Shown here in pieces: positions 24,335 through 31,998 of a DNA stretch of 32,000 nt. The notes beneath the pieces were generated by a model, which searched no databases, was not told the origin of the DNA, and saw only the letters and a program-made list of their open reading frames with translations. Each line of letters begins with the position of its first letter. The first letter of the stretch is position 1. Location of the stretch: NCBI GenBank assembly GCA_022646745.1, contig CP060262.1, positions 930,001-962,000 on the forward strand, written 5' to 3'. The position numbers were made by a program, and so were the translations under genes. The DNA comes from Planctomycetales bacterium (GTDB taxonomy: Bacteria > 4484-113 > JAFGCY01).

Positions 24335-25605
24335 CCGGCCCTGACGTGCACCACGACGGACATGCCCGGTGCCAGCATTTCGCGCAGGCCCTCGTCAATC
24401 AGCGCGTCGTCAAGCCGGATGCGCACGGGGATGCGCTGCACGACCTTGGTGAAGTTGCCGGTGGCATTCTCCGGCGGGATCAGGCTGAAGGTGGCCCCGC
24501 TGGCCGGGGAGAAACTGTCAACGACGCCGCTGAGCGTCACGCCCGGCAGGGCGTCCACCTCGATCTCGGCTGCCTGCTGCGGATGCAGGCGGCCCAGCTG
24601 GGTCTCCTTGAAGTTGGCCTCGATCCAGATCTCATCGGGCACGATTGCCAGCAGGTTCTGGCCGGGGCTGACCTGCTGCCCGGGCTCGACATTGCGCCGT
24701 CCGACACGGCCGCTGCGCACGGCATGGATCTCACAATGCGAGAGGTCCAGCCTGGCCTGAGCGACCGCAGCCTCATGCACCTCGACCGTTGCCAGTGCGG
24801 TCTCGTACTGCGCCTGGTTGTAGCCGACCTGCCGCTGGGCGGCAACTGCTGACTTGCGGCCGCCGTCACTGCTGGCCTGCAGGGCCGTAGCCTGCTCGAT
24901 GCCTGCCTGTGCCTGGGCGATGCGCCCCTCAGCACTCTGCAGCTCATCATGAGCCGCGTCGACACGGGCCTGGGCGGTGTCACGGGCGGCCGTTGCGTCG
25001 TCAAGTTCCTGGCGCGAGACGATGTTGGCAGCGAACAGGCTGTCCAGCCGACCAAGGTGCGTCTGCGCCTGGTCAAGGGCTGCCTGCAGCTCGCGGATGC
25101 GGGCCTGGGCGGCGTCACGGGCGGCTGTGGCCTGCTCCAGCGTGGCCTGAGCGCCGCTGATCGAAGCACTGGCCTGCTGCTGTGCTCCGTCAGCGCTGCT
25201 GTCCATCGCGCCGGCCTGGGCCGCGCTCACGCCGACCATCGCCTGTGCCGCATCGGACTGCTGCCGGGCGACGTGCAGCTGTGCCTCGGCCTGCTGCAGG
25301 CGGATCTCGAACGGTGCCGGATCCAGCCGCACCAGCAGCTGCCCTTCCTCCACCACCTCATTCTCGCCGACCAGCACCTCCAGCACCTGCCCGCTGAGCT
25401 GGGTGCTGACCGGCAACACGTTGGTGTTGATCTGTGCGTTGTCAGTCGAGACGTACAGCTGCTGGTGCTGCCACCACTGCCAGCCGTAGACCAGGGCCCC
25501 GCCGACGACCAGCATGGGCAGCAGGAAACGCAGCGGCGAGGGACGGCCGTTGCCATTCCCGTTGCCCGCCTTCGGTTCCGGCTGCTTCTGTTCGTTACTC
25601 ATCAT
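24331..25605 (-). CDS. emrA: HlyD-family membrane fusion protein (EmrA-like)
   Basis: N-terminal TM helix, then Y.STDNAQI..NV..V..Q.SG.V..V.V.EN..V..GQLLV.LDP. A long Ala/Gln coiled coil follows. C-terminal ..NFTKVVQRIPVRI... is the EmrA signature. The Met at 25605 is preferred over the 25677 extension, which would overlap padR deeply. Confidence 0.9.
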   Translation of the reverse strand: MMSNEQKQPEPKAGNGNGNGRPSPLRFLLPMLVVGGALVYGWQWWQHQQLYVSTDNAQINTNVLPVSTQLSGQVLEVLVGENEVVEEGQLLVRLDPAPFEIRLQQAEAQLHVARQQSDAAQAMVGVSAAQAGAMDSSADGAQQQASASISGAQATLEQATAARDAAQARIRELQAALDQAQTHLGRLDSLFAANIVSRQELDDATAARDTAQARVDAAHDELQSAEGRIAQAQAGIEQATALQASSDGGRKSAVAAQRQVGYNQAQYETALATVEVHEAAVAQARLDLSHCEIHAVRSGRVGRRNVEPGQQVSPGQNLLAIVPDEIWIEANFKETQLGRLHPQQAAEIEVDALPGVTLSGVVDSFSPASGATFSLIPPENATGNFTKVVQRIPVRIRLDDALIDEGLREMLAPGMSVVVHVRAG

Positions 25606-26119
25606 GTGCTCCGTTGCTTTCCGATTCCAGCTGCGCGTCCGTTTCCGCCAGCAGGCCCTCGAGCCATTCCAGCTCAAGCGCCAGCTTGCGCATCACATAG
25701 CCGCGCATGCTCTGCTGCATCGGTTGGGTGGCCTTGTCGAAGCTGTAGTTCATCCGCTCACGCAGGGCGTCAACGCGCTGCTGGATCAGCTGGCGGCGCT
25801 GGGCCGGATCGAGGCGGTCGCTGAACCACATGCGGGTCATGAAGCGCGCCTGGGCATTGACCCAGCTGTCGTTGGCTTCCTCGGTCATCAGCTCCAGCCA
25901 GTAAGCGCGACCGGCCTCGGTGATTTCATAGACCGTGCGGCGCCCGCCGCTGCCACTCTTGCGGACCAGGCCGCGCTCCGTGAGGCGCTTCAGCAGGGGG
26001 TAGATCGCGCCGAAGTTGGCGCTCAGCGCGGTCCCCATGTAGTGCTCGAGCCACTCCCTGAGCGCATAACCGTGCATCGGCTCACGCAGGAGTGCCCCAA
26101 GTGCGGCAAGTTCCAACAT
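25595..26119 (-). CDS. PadR family transcriptional regulator
   Basis: LGALL.EPMHGYAL.E.L........S.GAIYP.LKRL.ERGLV......GGRRTVYEITEAGR is the PadR winged-helix signature. First gene of padR-emrA-emrB. Confidence 0.9.
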   Translation of the reverse strand: MLELAALGALLREPMHGYALREWLEHYMGTALSANFGAIYPLLKRLTERGLVRKSGSGGRRTVYEITEAGRAYWLELMTEEANDSWVNAQARFMTRMWFSDRLDPAQRRQLIQQRVDALRERMNYSFDKATQPMQQSMRGYVMRKLALELEWLEGLLAETDAQLESESNGAHDE

Positions 26120-26136
26120 ATATCAGATTGATATAT
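26118..26136. promoter_or_regulatory. perfect inverted repeat ATATATCA-GAT-TGATATAT at the padR start (candidate PadR operator)
   Basis: 8-bp arms with a 3-bp spacer. AT-rich in a GC-rich background. Overlaps the padR ATG (26117-26119) and lies between it and a GAGGAG element. Confidence 0.5.
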
Positions 26137-26205
26137 TACTCCTCGCCGCTGATTATTCTCATTGGAGGGAAATTTGCTGCAGATCAGCAGGATTCCCGGT
26201 CCAGC

Positions 26206-26592
26206 TCACTTGCCATCCTTTCCCAGCCCGCGGGCCAGCATGGCCACCTGCAGCTCCAGGCGCTTGATTTCGCGGGCGGTGGCGTTGCGCTCGATCTCCA
26301 GCCAGAACCACAGCTTGAGCATTCCCACCGCCATCATGCCGAAGGCGGCCAGCATCGCCCAGCTGATCAGCTCCTTGGTGTTCTCCGCAGCGATGTAGCG
26401 GGTGATGCACCAGACAGTGGCCCCGAAGATCGCGAACATCACGATGCTGGCAAAGATGCTCAGCAACCTGTTTCGCCCGCGGAAGGTGTCGAGCACCATT
26501 TCGTCAATGCGCTGCTCGCCGCTGAGCTTCTCCCAGTCCGCGCTGTACTCCTGATCCAGTGCCTGCTTCAGCCTGTTGTCAAAGTCTTCCAT
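26206..26592 (-). CDS. two-TM membrane protein coupled to the ECF sigma factor (possible anti-sigma-like partner)
   Basis: The ATG lies 1 nt after the sigma-factor stop (TGAcATG). Two hydrophobic helices. C-terminal coiled segment REIKRLELQVAML. No ZAS or RskA motif seen. Confidence 0.6.
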   Translation of the reverse strand: MEDFDNRLKQALDQEYSADWEKLSGEQRIDEMVLDTFRGRNRLLSIFASIVMFAIFGATVWCITRYIAAENTKELISWAMLAAFGMMAVGMLKLWFWLEIERNATAREIKRLELQVAMLARGLGKDGK

Positions 26593-26593
26593 G

Positions 26594-27130
26594 TCAGTCT
26601 TCCTTCAGCATGCCGCGCAGCATTTTCCTCGCCGCGAACAGCCTTGATTTCACGGTACCGGCCGGCAGGCCCAGCAGGCGGCCGACCTCACTGAGGGCAT
26701 AGCCCTCGTGGTAATGCAGCAGCAGCGGCTCACGCAGCTCATCCGGCAGTGTACGGATTGCGATGCGCATGCTGTCCAGCTCGCCGTCAGGGGATCCGGC
26801 CTGCGAGGAGGTTTCCTCGCTGAGTCGTTCCACGCTGCCGCGTTCACGCTGGCGCCGGTGCACTGCATCCGCCGCCAGGTTGCGCAGGATGTGCAGTGCC
26901 CAGGCCGGGAAACCCGCCGGGTCACGCAGTGAACGGATGCCACGCGAGATTGCCAGCCAGCAGTCCTGGCCCAGCTCGCTGGCCTGCTCCTCAGTGTCAC
27001 AGAGCTGGCGCGCGCGGCGGGACAGCAGGGGCTGCCACAGGTCCACCAGCTGCCCGAGCGCTTCCTCATCGCCGGACTGGCAACGCATCACAAGCAACTC
27101 GCTCAGGACAAACTGTGCAGATCTGGCCAT
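26594..27130 (-). CDS. ECF-type RNA polymerase sigma-70 family factor
   Basis: Region 2 (..L.......L...AR.L..........QD.WL...R.I..LRDP..F..W...I..N...D..RR) and region 4 (LP.ELREPLLLHY.EG....EV...LG.P.GTVKSRL..AR..LR). Confidence 0.9.
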   Translation of the reverse strand: MARSAQFVLSELLVMRCQSGDEEALGQLVDLWQPLLSRRARQLCDTEEQASELGQDCWLAISRGIRSLRDPAGFPAWALHILRNLAADAVHRRQRERGSVERLSEETSSQAGSPDGELDSMRIAIRTLPDELREPLLLHYHEGYALSEVGRLLGLPAGTVKSRLFAARKMLRGMLKED

Positions 27131-27182
27131 TACCGCTTTAGAGGTCTGTTGAGGACAGTGATCGGTTCATTGTGGCAGGGAG

Positions 27183-27215
27183 AAACGAAAAAGGCTCCCC
27201 ATTGCGGGGAGCCTT
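27183..27215 (-). terminator. intrinsic terminator downstream of pilT
   Basis: 10-bp stem AAGGCTCCCC/GGGGAGCCTT with a 5-nt loop. On the minus strand it is followed by TTTTTCGTTTCT. Confidence 0.7.
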
Positions 27216-27284
27216 GTGGTTTCGATAGATGTTGTACGGCTTCTGAAACTTGCAGACAGCGAGAAGCTTTGCTTTGAGCTGTGC

Positions 27285-27314
27285 TGCAGACCGTCGAGCC
27301 CTCGGGCGAGACGG
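27285..27314. repeat. third copy of the TGCAGACCGTCGAG..GAGACGG unit
   Basis: TGCAGACCGTCGAGCCCTCGGGCGAGACGG, between the pilT stop and its terminator. The central hairpin differs but stays self-complementary. Confidence 0.7.
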
Positions 27315-27323
27315 CAGGAAGAA

Positions 27324-28475
27324 TCAGATTCCGCCGGCCGGCGTGCCGTCGCCACGGGTACCGGTGAACTGCTCGACGCGGTTGAGCACCTTGTCGGAGA
27401 AGTCGGTGTTCTGCTGCTCCAGCAGCTTGAAGTCGTGCGGGCTGGAGGCCGCGGCCAGCGCGGTCTCGTAGGTGATCTGGCCGAGGTGGTACATCTTCAG
27501 CAGGTAGCGGTCGAAGGTGATCATGCCCTCGTCCTCACCTTCCTCCATCGCGAGCTTGATCAGCTCCGTCTTCTCCTCGTCCTCGATGAACTCCTTGATT
27601 CGCCCGGTGACCTTCATGATCTCCATCGCGGGGATACGGCCACCACCGACCATCGGCAGCAGTCGCATCGAGATGATGGACTTGATGGTCTCGGACAGCA
27701 TCAGGCGGGCCTGCTTCTGCATCGTCTCCGGATAGAAGTCGATCACGCGGCTGATGGTCTGGGTCACGTTCAGGGTGTGCAGGGTGGACAGCACCAGGTG
27801 GCCGGTGAGGGCGGCCTGGAAGGTGGCGTTGACCGTCTCACGGTCACGCATCTCACCGATCAGGATGATGTCCGGGTCCTCTCGCATGGCGCCACGGATG
27901 GCGTCCATGAAGGAGTTGGTGTCCACGCCCAGCTCGCGCTGGTTGATGATCGCTTCCTTGTCGGTCAGCACGTACTCGATCGGATCCTCGATGGTGAGGA
28001 TGTGCACCGGGCGGCGGTTGTTGACGTAGTCAATCATTGACGCCAGCGTGGTGGACTTACCCGAACCCGTTGTTCCCGTGAGGATGATGATGCCACGGCG
28101 TTCAAGGGAAAGTTCCTCAAGGATCAGCGGCAGGTTCAGTTCCTCAAAGCTCGGCACGACGTCGTTGACCAGTCGGAGAGCTGCGGCGACGGATCCCTTC
28201 TGGCGATACAAGTTGACGCGGAAGCGGCCCTGCAGGCCATCGTCGCCCTTGTACACGTATGCGAAGTCGATCTCGTTCTCCTCCTCCAGGCGGTACTCGC
28301 GCTTTGGGGTGAGCAGCTGCTTGGCGAAGCGCTCCATCTCCTCCTCATCGAGGATGTCCCAGTCGGCGGGCATCAGGTCGCCGTCCAGTCGCAGGAAGGG
28401 CGGACGGCCGGCGCCGAGGTGCAGGTCGGAAGCACCCTTCTTGATCACGATTCTCAGCAATTCGTCAATATGCAT
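27324..28475 (-). CDS. pilT: type IV pilus twitching-motility ATPase PilT
   Basis: MHIDELL......GASDLHL..G.PP..R.DG.L, Walker A (GTTGSGKSTTLA), IEDPIEY, Q.E......F..A.R.A.REDPD.I..GE.RD.ET and HLV.STLHT are all canonical PilT/PilU motifs. Confidence 0.9.
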   Translation of the reverse strand: MHIDELLRIVIKKGASDLHLGAGRPPFLRLDGDLMPADWDILDEEEMERFAKQLLTPKREYRLEEENEIDFAYVYKGDDGLQGRFRVNLYRQKGSVAAALRLVNDVVPSFEELNLPLILEELSLERRGIIILTGTTGSGKSTTLASMIDYVNNRRPVHILTIEDPIEYVLTDKEAIINQRELGVDTNSFMDAIRGAMREDPDIILIGEMRDRETVNATFQAALTGHLVLSTLHTLNVTQTISRVIDFYPETMQKQARLMLSETIKSIISMRLLPMVGGGRIPAMEIMKVTGRIKEFIEDEEKTELIKLAMEEGEDEGMITFDRYLLKMYHLGQITYETALAAASSPHDFKLLEQQNTDFSDKVLNRVEQFTGTRGDGTPAGGI

Positions 28476-28614
28476 CTGAGCTGACTCCAGGCGGATTACA
28501 TGGGGAAGTTGGACCCCTACGGCCGGATGCGTGCCCCGAATTCCGGCGGTACAGAATTATAGCAATATACCGGCGCGCATGCACATATATAGAGATTTGT
28601 ACATGCCCGGGATT

Positions 28615-29016
28615 TCAGGGCTGCACGTTGAAGGTCATCGTGCGGGTGGCGTAGCCATTCCCGACATCGGAAATCTCGACGCGGCAGGTGAACTCGGTGT
28701 CAGCGCTGCCGGAGTTGCTCCAGACCACCGGCAGGGAATAGCTGCGGGTGTCCACGGTATCCCAGACCACCCGATCCTGCACGCCACCGCTGAAGGTCCA
28801 GACCACGCGGAAGGGTGCCGTGCCAAGCTCCCAGCTGACGTTCATGGTGCCCGCCTCGCCGCTGACGGGCTGGGCCGAGCCACTGCGGATCTCGCCGATG
28901 TCCGGGCGCCGGGTCGGCTGCTGGGCGATCGGGACGTAGTGCGAGCTCGAGCAGCCACCGGAAAGCAGCAGCACGCATGCAAGCAATAGTGGGAAAATCC
29001 TGTTCATCACTCTCAT
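28615..29016 (-). CDS. small lipoprotein with Ig/PKD-like beta domain
   Basis: Lipoprotein signal ..IFPLLLACVLLLSGG-C. The mature part is beta-rich (VSWELGTAPFRVVWTFSGG...FTCRVEISD). Confidence 0.65.
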   Translation of the reverse strand: MRVMNRIFPLLLACVLLLSGGCSSSHYVPIAQQPTRRPDIGEIRSGSAQPVSGEAGTMNVSWELGTAPFRVVWTFSGGVQDRVVWDTVDTRSYSLPVVWSNSGSADTEFTCRVEISDVGNGYATRTMTFNVQP

Positions 29017-29091
29017 CTTGCCCCAGACCTTACTGTCCAGCCATCAGGTTAGAATGTAGCGGACGTCGACCAATTCTCGATAGATTCTACC

Positions 29092-29733
29092 GTGAAGATA
29101 AACGCGGAGGTGAGCACGGTGCAGCCAGCCCTGATTGATTACCTGTGGGTGACCGCAAATCCCTATACCTGGATCTTCCCGGCCGCCGGCTTCTTCCTCG
29201 GGATCTGGGTCTGGGTGGACGCCAATGACAAGACTGACTACGCCGCAGTGTGGGGCATCCTCACCATGCTGTGCTTCCCGGTGTTCTTCCCGCTGTACTA
29301 CTTCGCGCTGTTCGCACACAGCCGTACACCGCGCACACGCCACATGGCGGAGGAGCTGGAGATGAAGCGCATGCCGCAGGTGCTGGGCAAGACAGCGATG
29401 GACCGCGAGTACATGCTGGCCAAGCTTACGGAGGGGCCGGGCACGGTGTTCGACCCGCAGTCCGGCATGAGCCGCAAAATGGGCGGGCACCGCTACCGCG
29501 AACTGGCCACGGCCGAGGACCTGCAGGTGACTGACCCGCAGGGCGCATGGGACTACCTCACAGACCTGTACGAAACCTCCGAGCTGGAGAAGGATACGGA
29601 AACCATCGCGACCTGCGAATGGTACATGCGCCGCCTGCCGGATGGCGACAAGCGCTTCACGCACTGGCTGAAGCACCGGCATGATCCGCCGCCGGAGGAT
29701 GAGGAAGCGGAACCAGCCGCCGGCAATGCCTGA
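29092..29733 (+). CDS. membrane protein with PLDc_N-like (cardiolipin-synthase N-terminal-like) two-helix module
   Basis: GTG start. LGIWVWVDAND......AVWGILTMLCFPVFFPLYYF resembles the PLD-nuclease N-terminal domain pattern. The C-terminal half is acidic and soluble. Confidence 0.6.
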   Translation: MKINAEVSTVQPALIDYLWVTANPYTWIFPAAGFFLGIWVWVDANDKTDYAAVWGILTMLCFPVFFPLYYFALFAHSRTPRTRHMAEELEMKRMPQVLGKTAMDREYMLAKLTEGPGTVFDPQSGMSRKMGGHRYRELATAEDLQVTDPQGAWDYLTDLYETSELEKDTETIATCEWYMRRLPDGDKRFTHWLKHRHDPPPEDEEAEPAAGNA

Positions 29734-29758
29734 GCCAGCGCTGCGCTAGAATCGGCTG

Positions 29759-30643
29759 ATGCATGTTGACGACGCCCTGCGCCACTGGTCCGCCTGGCTT
29801 TTGACCGCCCGCGGGCGCAGCCGCAGCACGGTGGGCAGCTACCTGCGGGACATGCAGCAGTTCGTGCATCTCAGTGGACTGGCGGAACTGTCCGGGCTGG
29901 ACCGGGCAAGGGTGGTGGACTGGCTCAATGCACTGGCCGAGCGGGAGATGGCACCGCGCAGCCGGGCCCGCAAGCTCAGTGCGCTGAAAAGCTTTGTCGG
30001 CTGGGCGATGGAATACGGCCACCTGGCGCAGGACCCGGTGCCGGCTGAACTGGCAACGCAGCGCGGGCTGGACCTGCCGCATGCGCTGACCCAGGGTGAA
30101 GTGCAGGCAATCCTCGATGCCACGCGCGGGCTGGATCCACTTTCCGTCCGTGACTCCGCGATGCTTGAGACCCTCTACGCCTCTGGGATGCGGGTCAGCG
30201 AACTGACAACGCTGCGCCTGGCCGACCTGCACCTGCCGGAGGGTTTCGCGATCGTGACCGGCAAGGGCAGCAAGCAGCGCCTGGTACCGCTTGGGCATTA
30301 CGCGATCGAGGGCCTGAAGGCCTATATCGGCCCCGTGCGGGAGTCGATCTGTCCGACAGCGCCCCTGCATCCGGAGGTGTTCCTCACCCGGCGCGGGGCG
30401 ATCAGCCGCTCGATGGTGTTCCGGCTGGTACAGAAGTACGCCCTGCTGGCCGGGGTGAAGAGCCATGTCTCGCCGCATACCTTCCGCCATTCCTGTGCCA
30501 GCCATATGCTGGAGGGTGGCGCGGACCTGCGCCTGGTGCAGGAACTGCTGGGACATTCCAGCCTGACCACCACGCAGATCTACACGCATATCGACAAGCG
30601 GCGGCTGCGGGAGGTCTACGACCGCGCCCATCCCCACGCGTGA
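29759..30643 (+). CDS. xerD: tyrosine site-specific recombinase, XerC/XerD family
   Basis: RD.AMLETLYASGMRVSEL..L...D, GKGSKQRLVPLG, HTFRHS.ASHMLEGGADLR.VQELLGH.SL.TTQIYTHI give the complete R-K-H-R-H-Y catalytic pattern. XerD versus XerC cannot be decided from sequence reading alone. Confidence 0.85.
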   Translation: MHVDDALRHWSAWLLTARGRSRSTVGSYLRDMQQFVHLSGLAELSGLDRARVVDWLNALAEREMAPRSRARKLSALKSFVGWAMEYGHLAQDPVPAELATQRGLDLPHALTQGEVQAILDATRGLDPLSVRDSAMLETLYASGMRVSELTTLRLADLHLPEGFAIVTGKGSKQRLVPLGHYAIEGLKAYIGPVRESICPTAPLHPEVFLTRRGAISRSMVFRLVQKYALLAGVKSHVSPHTFRHSCASHMLEGGADLRLVQELLGHSSLTTTQIYTHIDKRRLREVYDRAHPHA

Positions 30644-30960
30644 AACGATTTCATGCACCCGGCCGGCCTGGGTTGTCAACACGCAGCAGCCTGACAGGTT
30701 GATAAGTCCGCTATCCACTGTTGACAATCTGTGCGCCGGATTGCTTTTGGGAATTTTCCGGGACAGCCCACGCAGCTGCCGGATGTCCGCCAGGCCTGGT
30801 ATCCCCGTATGCCCTGTCCCGGACTGGCCCCAGGGAGATGGCAACCAGCCACATGCCCGTCAGTTGTGCCGATCTATCAACCAGTCAGGTTGACAACACA
30901 GTCCCGTGGTTGATAAGTGAAGGAAATCCAGGGAATTTCAGAAATTACCCGGATTTCTTA

Positions 30961-30989
30961 TTGACAACGGCTTGCTGGGGGAGTATCAT
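30961..30989 (+). promoter_or_regulatory. near-consensus sigma70 promoter (TTGACA - 17 nt - TATCAT)
   Basis: -35 at 30961-30966 and -10 at 30984-30989. Flanked by inverted TTGACAA / TTGTCAA boxes. No ORF with coding character follows. Confidence 0.65.
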
Positions 30990-30995
30990 CACATT

Positions 30996-31416
30996 GTCAA
31001 GGCAGTGATGCTGATGGCGGAAACGCCGGAGTCACCGCCCTCCAGCGAGGCCCCCGGGTCGCGCTGGGGCAAGACAGGCATGCGGTTGGCAACAACCTCG
31101 TGCATCCCGCGGTGGCCTGTCCACCGTCGGGGAAGAGGCGGCTTCTGGGTGGCAACACCCAACTGGCCAGCCTGGGACCGCGCCGCAAGGCAGGTCCATG
31201 GCATGCCGGGACGCCTGGTGGCAACACCGGGCGGGTGCAGTGGCAACACCGCACTCCCGAGATGGTTAGGCTTCGGTTTAACCGGAATGCCGCAGGCCGG
31301 CGGCAACGGTGGCAACACCGATGCTGACGACCAAACCGACAGCGGGTTCGCCCGCTGTCACCCCCGCCCCGTGCGGGGGCCGAAGCCCGGAGCAATCCGG
31401 GCTTCACTATTTTCTT
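30996..31416 (+). ncRNA. candidate ~420-nt highly structured ncRNA rich in GCAA-capped hairpins (family not recognised)
   Basis: Hairpins read directly from the sequence:
- GGCG-GAAA-CGCC, 31016-27
- GGUUG-GCAA-CAACC, 31084-97
- CGGUGG-CCUGU-CCACCG, 31110-26
- GGGUG-GCAA-CACCC, 31147-60
- GGACCGCGCC-GCAA-GGCAGGUCC, 31175-97
- CGCCUGGUG-GCAA-CACCGGGCG, 31212-33
- GUGCAGUG-GCAA-CACCGCAC, 31235-54
- GGUUAGGC-UUCG-GUUUAACC, 31264-83
- CGGUG-GCAA-CACCG, 31307-20
- GACAGCGGG-UUCG-CCCGCUGUC, 31338-59
- CCCCCGC/GCGGGGG, 31361-79
- terminator hairpin
The ends are inferred from the promoter and terminator, not measured. Confidence 0.55.
31382..31416 (+). terminator. intrinsic terminator of the candidate ncRNA
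   Basis: 10-bp stem GAAGCCCGGA/UCCGGGCUUC with a GCAA loop, followed by ACUAUUUUCUU. Confidence 0.7.
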
Positions 31417-31424
31417 GCTGATTC

Positions 31425-31800
31425 GCCCGAGGGCTCATCGGTCTGGCGCTGCGGCTGCGCATTCGCGCATCCGGGTCGCGCGGAAGTTGCGGGGTTCGGC
31501 GGTCTGGCGCTGCAATCCGGCTAAGCCGGATTGGGTCGCGCTGAAGTTACTGGAGGCCAGATGTCAATCTGGCAATATCTTCAAGCGAAAACTCTCCTGT
31601 TTGTGCTATCAGCGATTGGCTAAGCCATGAGCTGTATTGCAGACCGTCGAGTGCTCGCACGAGACGGAAAGAGAATACGGCCTGGGCCTGCGCTGGCGCT
31701 ATCACTGCCAGCGGGTCGGCCGGAAGAAACATCGCTGCCCCTGAAGGTGCATCGCGCAATCAGTCAGGCCGAAGGCGTGATCGGCCTGAAGTTGCGTACT
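31425..31800. repeat. mosaic intergenic repeat block (copy B)
   Basis: GGCTCATCGGTCTGGCGCTGCGGCTGCGCATTCGCGCATCCGGGTCG (near-identical to 17007-17053). REP-like unit at 31552-31574. TGCAGACCGTCGAGTGCTCGCACGAGACGG (31638-31667). ..GCCTGCGCTGGCGC..CTGCCAGCGG..CTGAAGGTGC. Confidence 0.8.
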
Positions 31801-31823
31801 TCTGCAATGACAAGTAGAGACTT

Positions 31824-31998
31824 GTAGCGGTGGCGCCTTGCGCTAATTGAAAGGGCATCTCCCGAAGTTTCCTTGCCGAGAACTACATTTCCCTTGGATT
31901 GGAGTTGAACGGGACAAGAACCTGGCCACATTGATTTGAGCCATCAGCTTCGCAACCCGTAACTGTCACTTCCAGTTGGCGCCAGGCGCCACCGCTAC
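31824..31998. repeat. 175-bp lower-GC element bounded by 15-bp perfect inverted repeats (MITE-like or structured RNA; truncated context)
   Basis: GTAGCGGTGGCGCCT (31824-31838) is the exact reverse complement of AGGCGCCACCGCTAC (31984-31998). The interior is visibly more AT-rich than its surroundings. The window ends 2 nt later. Confidence 0.6.

Noticed and set aside
27131-27200. ECF-type autoregulated promoter (TGAACC ... TCTAA) upstream of the sigma-factor gene.
   Set aside because: The spacing between the AAC and TCTAA elements (about 21 nt) is too long for the usual ECF geometry, and the -10-like element would sit only about 8 nt from the ATG. This is not supportable without TSS data.
30644-30730. 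dif-type Xer recombination site next to the xerC/D-family gene.
   Set aside because: Nothing resembles the two 11-bp arms plus 6-bp spacer of dif (GGTGCGCATAA-N6-TTATGTTAAAT-like). The repeated boxes here have a different consensus.
30996-31416. Identity as RNase P RNA, tmRNA, SRP RNA or a cobalamin riboswitch.
   Set aside because: I could not find the universally conserved cores. These are GGAAAGUCCGG and ACAGAA for RNase P, the GGGGCUGA 5' end and tRNA-like 3' end for tmRNA, and the B12 box for the cobalamin riboswitch. This is a by-eye check and needs confirmation with covariance models.
30972-31421. 149-aa ORF, plus ORFs on other frames and strands, across the GCAA-hairpin region.
   Set aside because: The translation is low-complexity (Gly/Pro/Arg/Trp-rich) and no SD is present. 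The periodicity follows the hairpin repeats rather than codons. The region is bracketed by a promoter and an intrinsic terminator, so it is interpreted as RNA.
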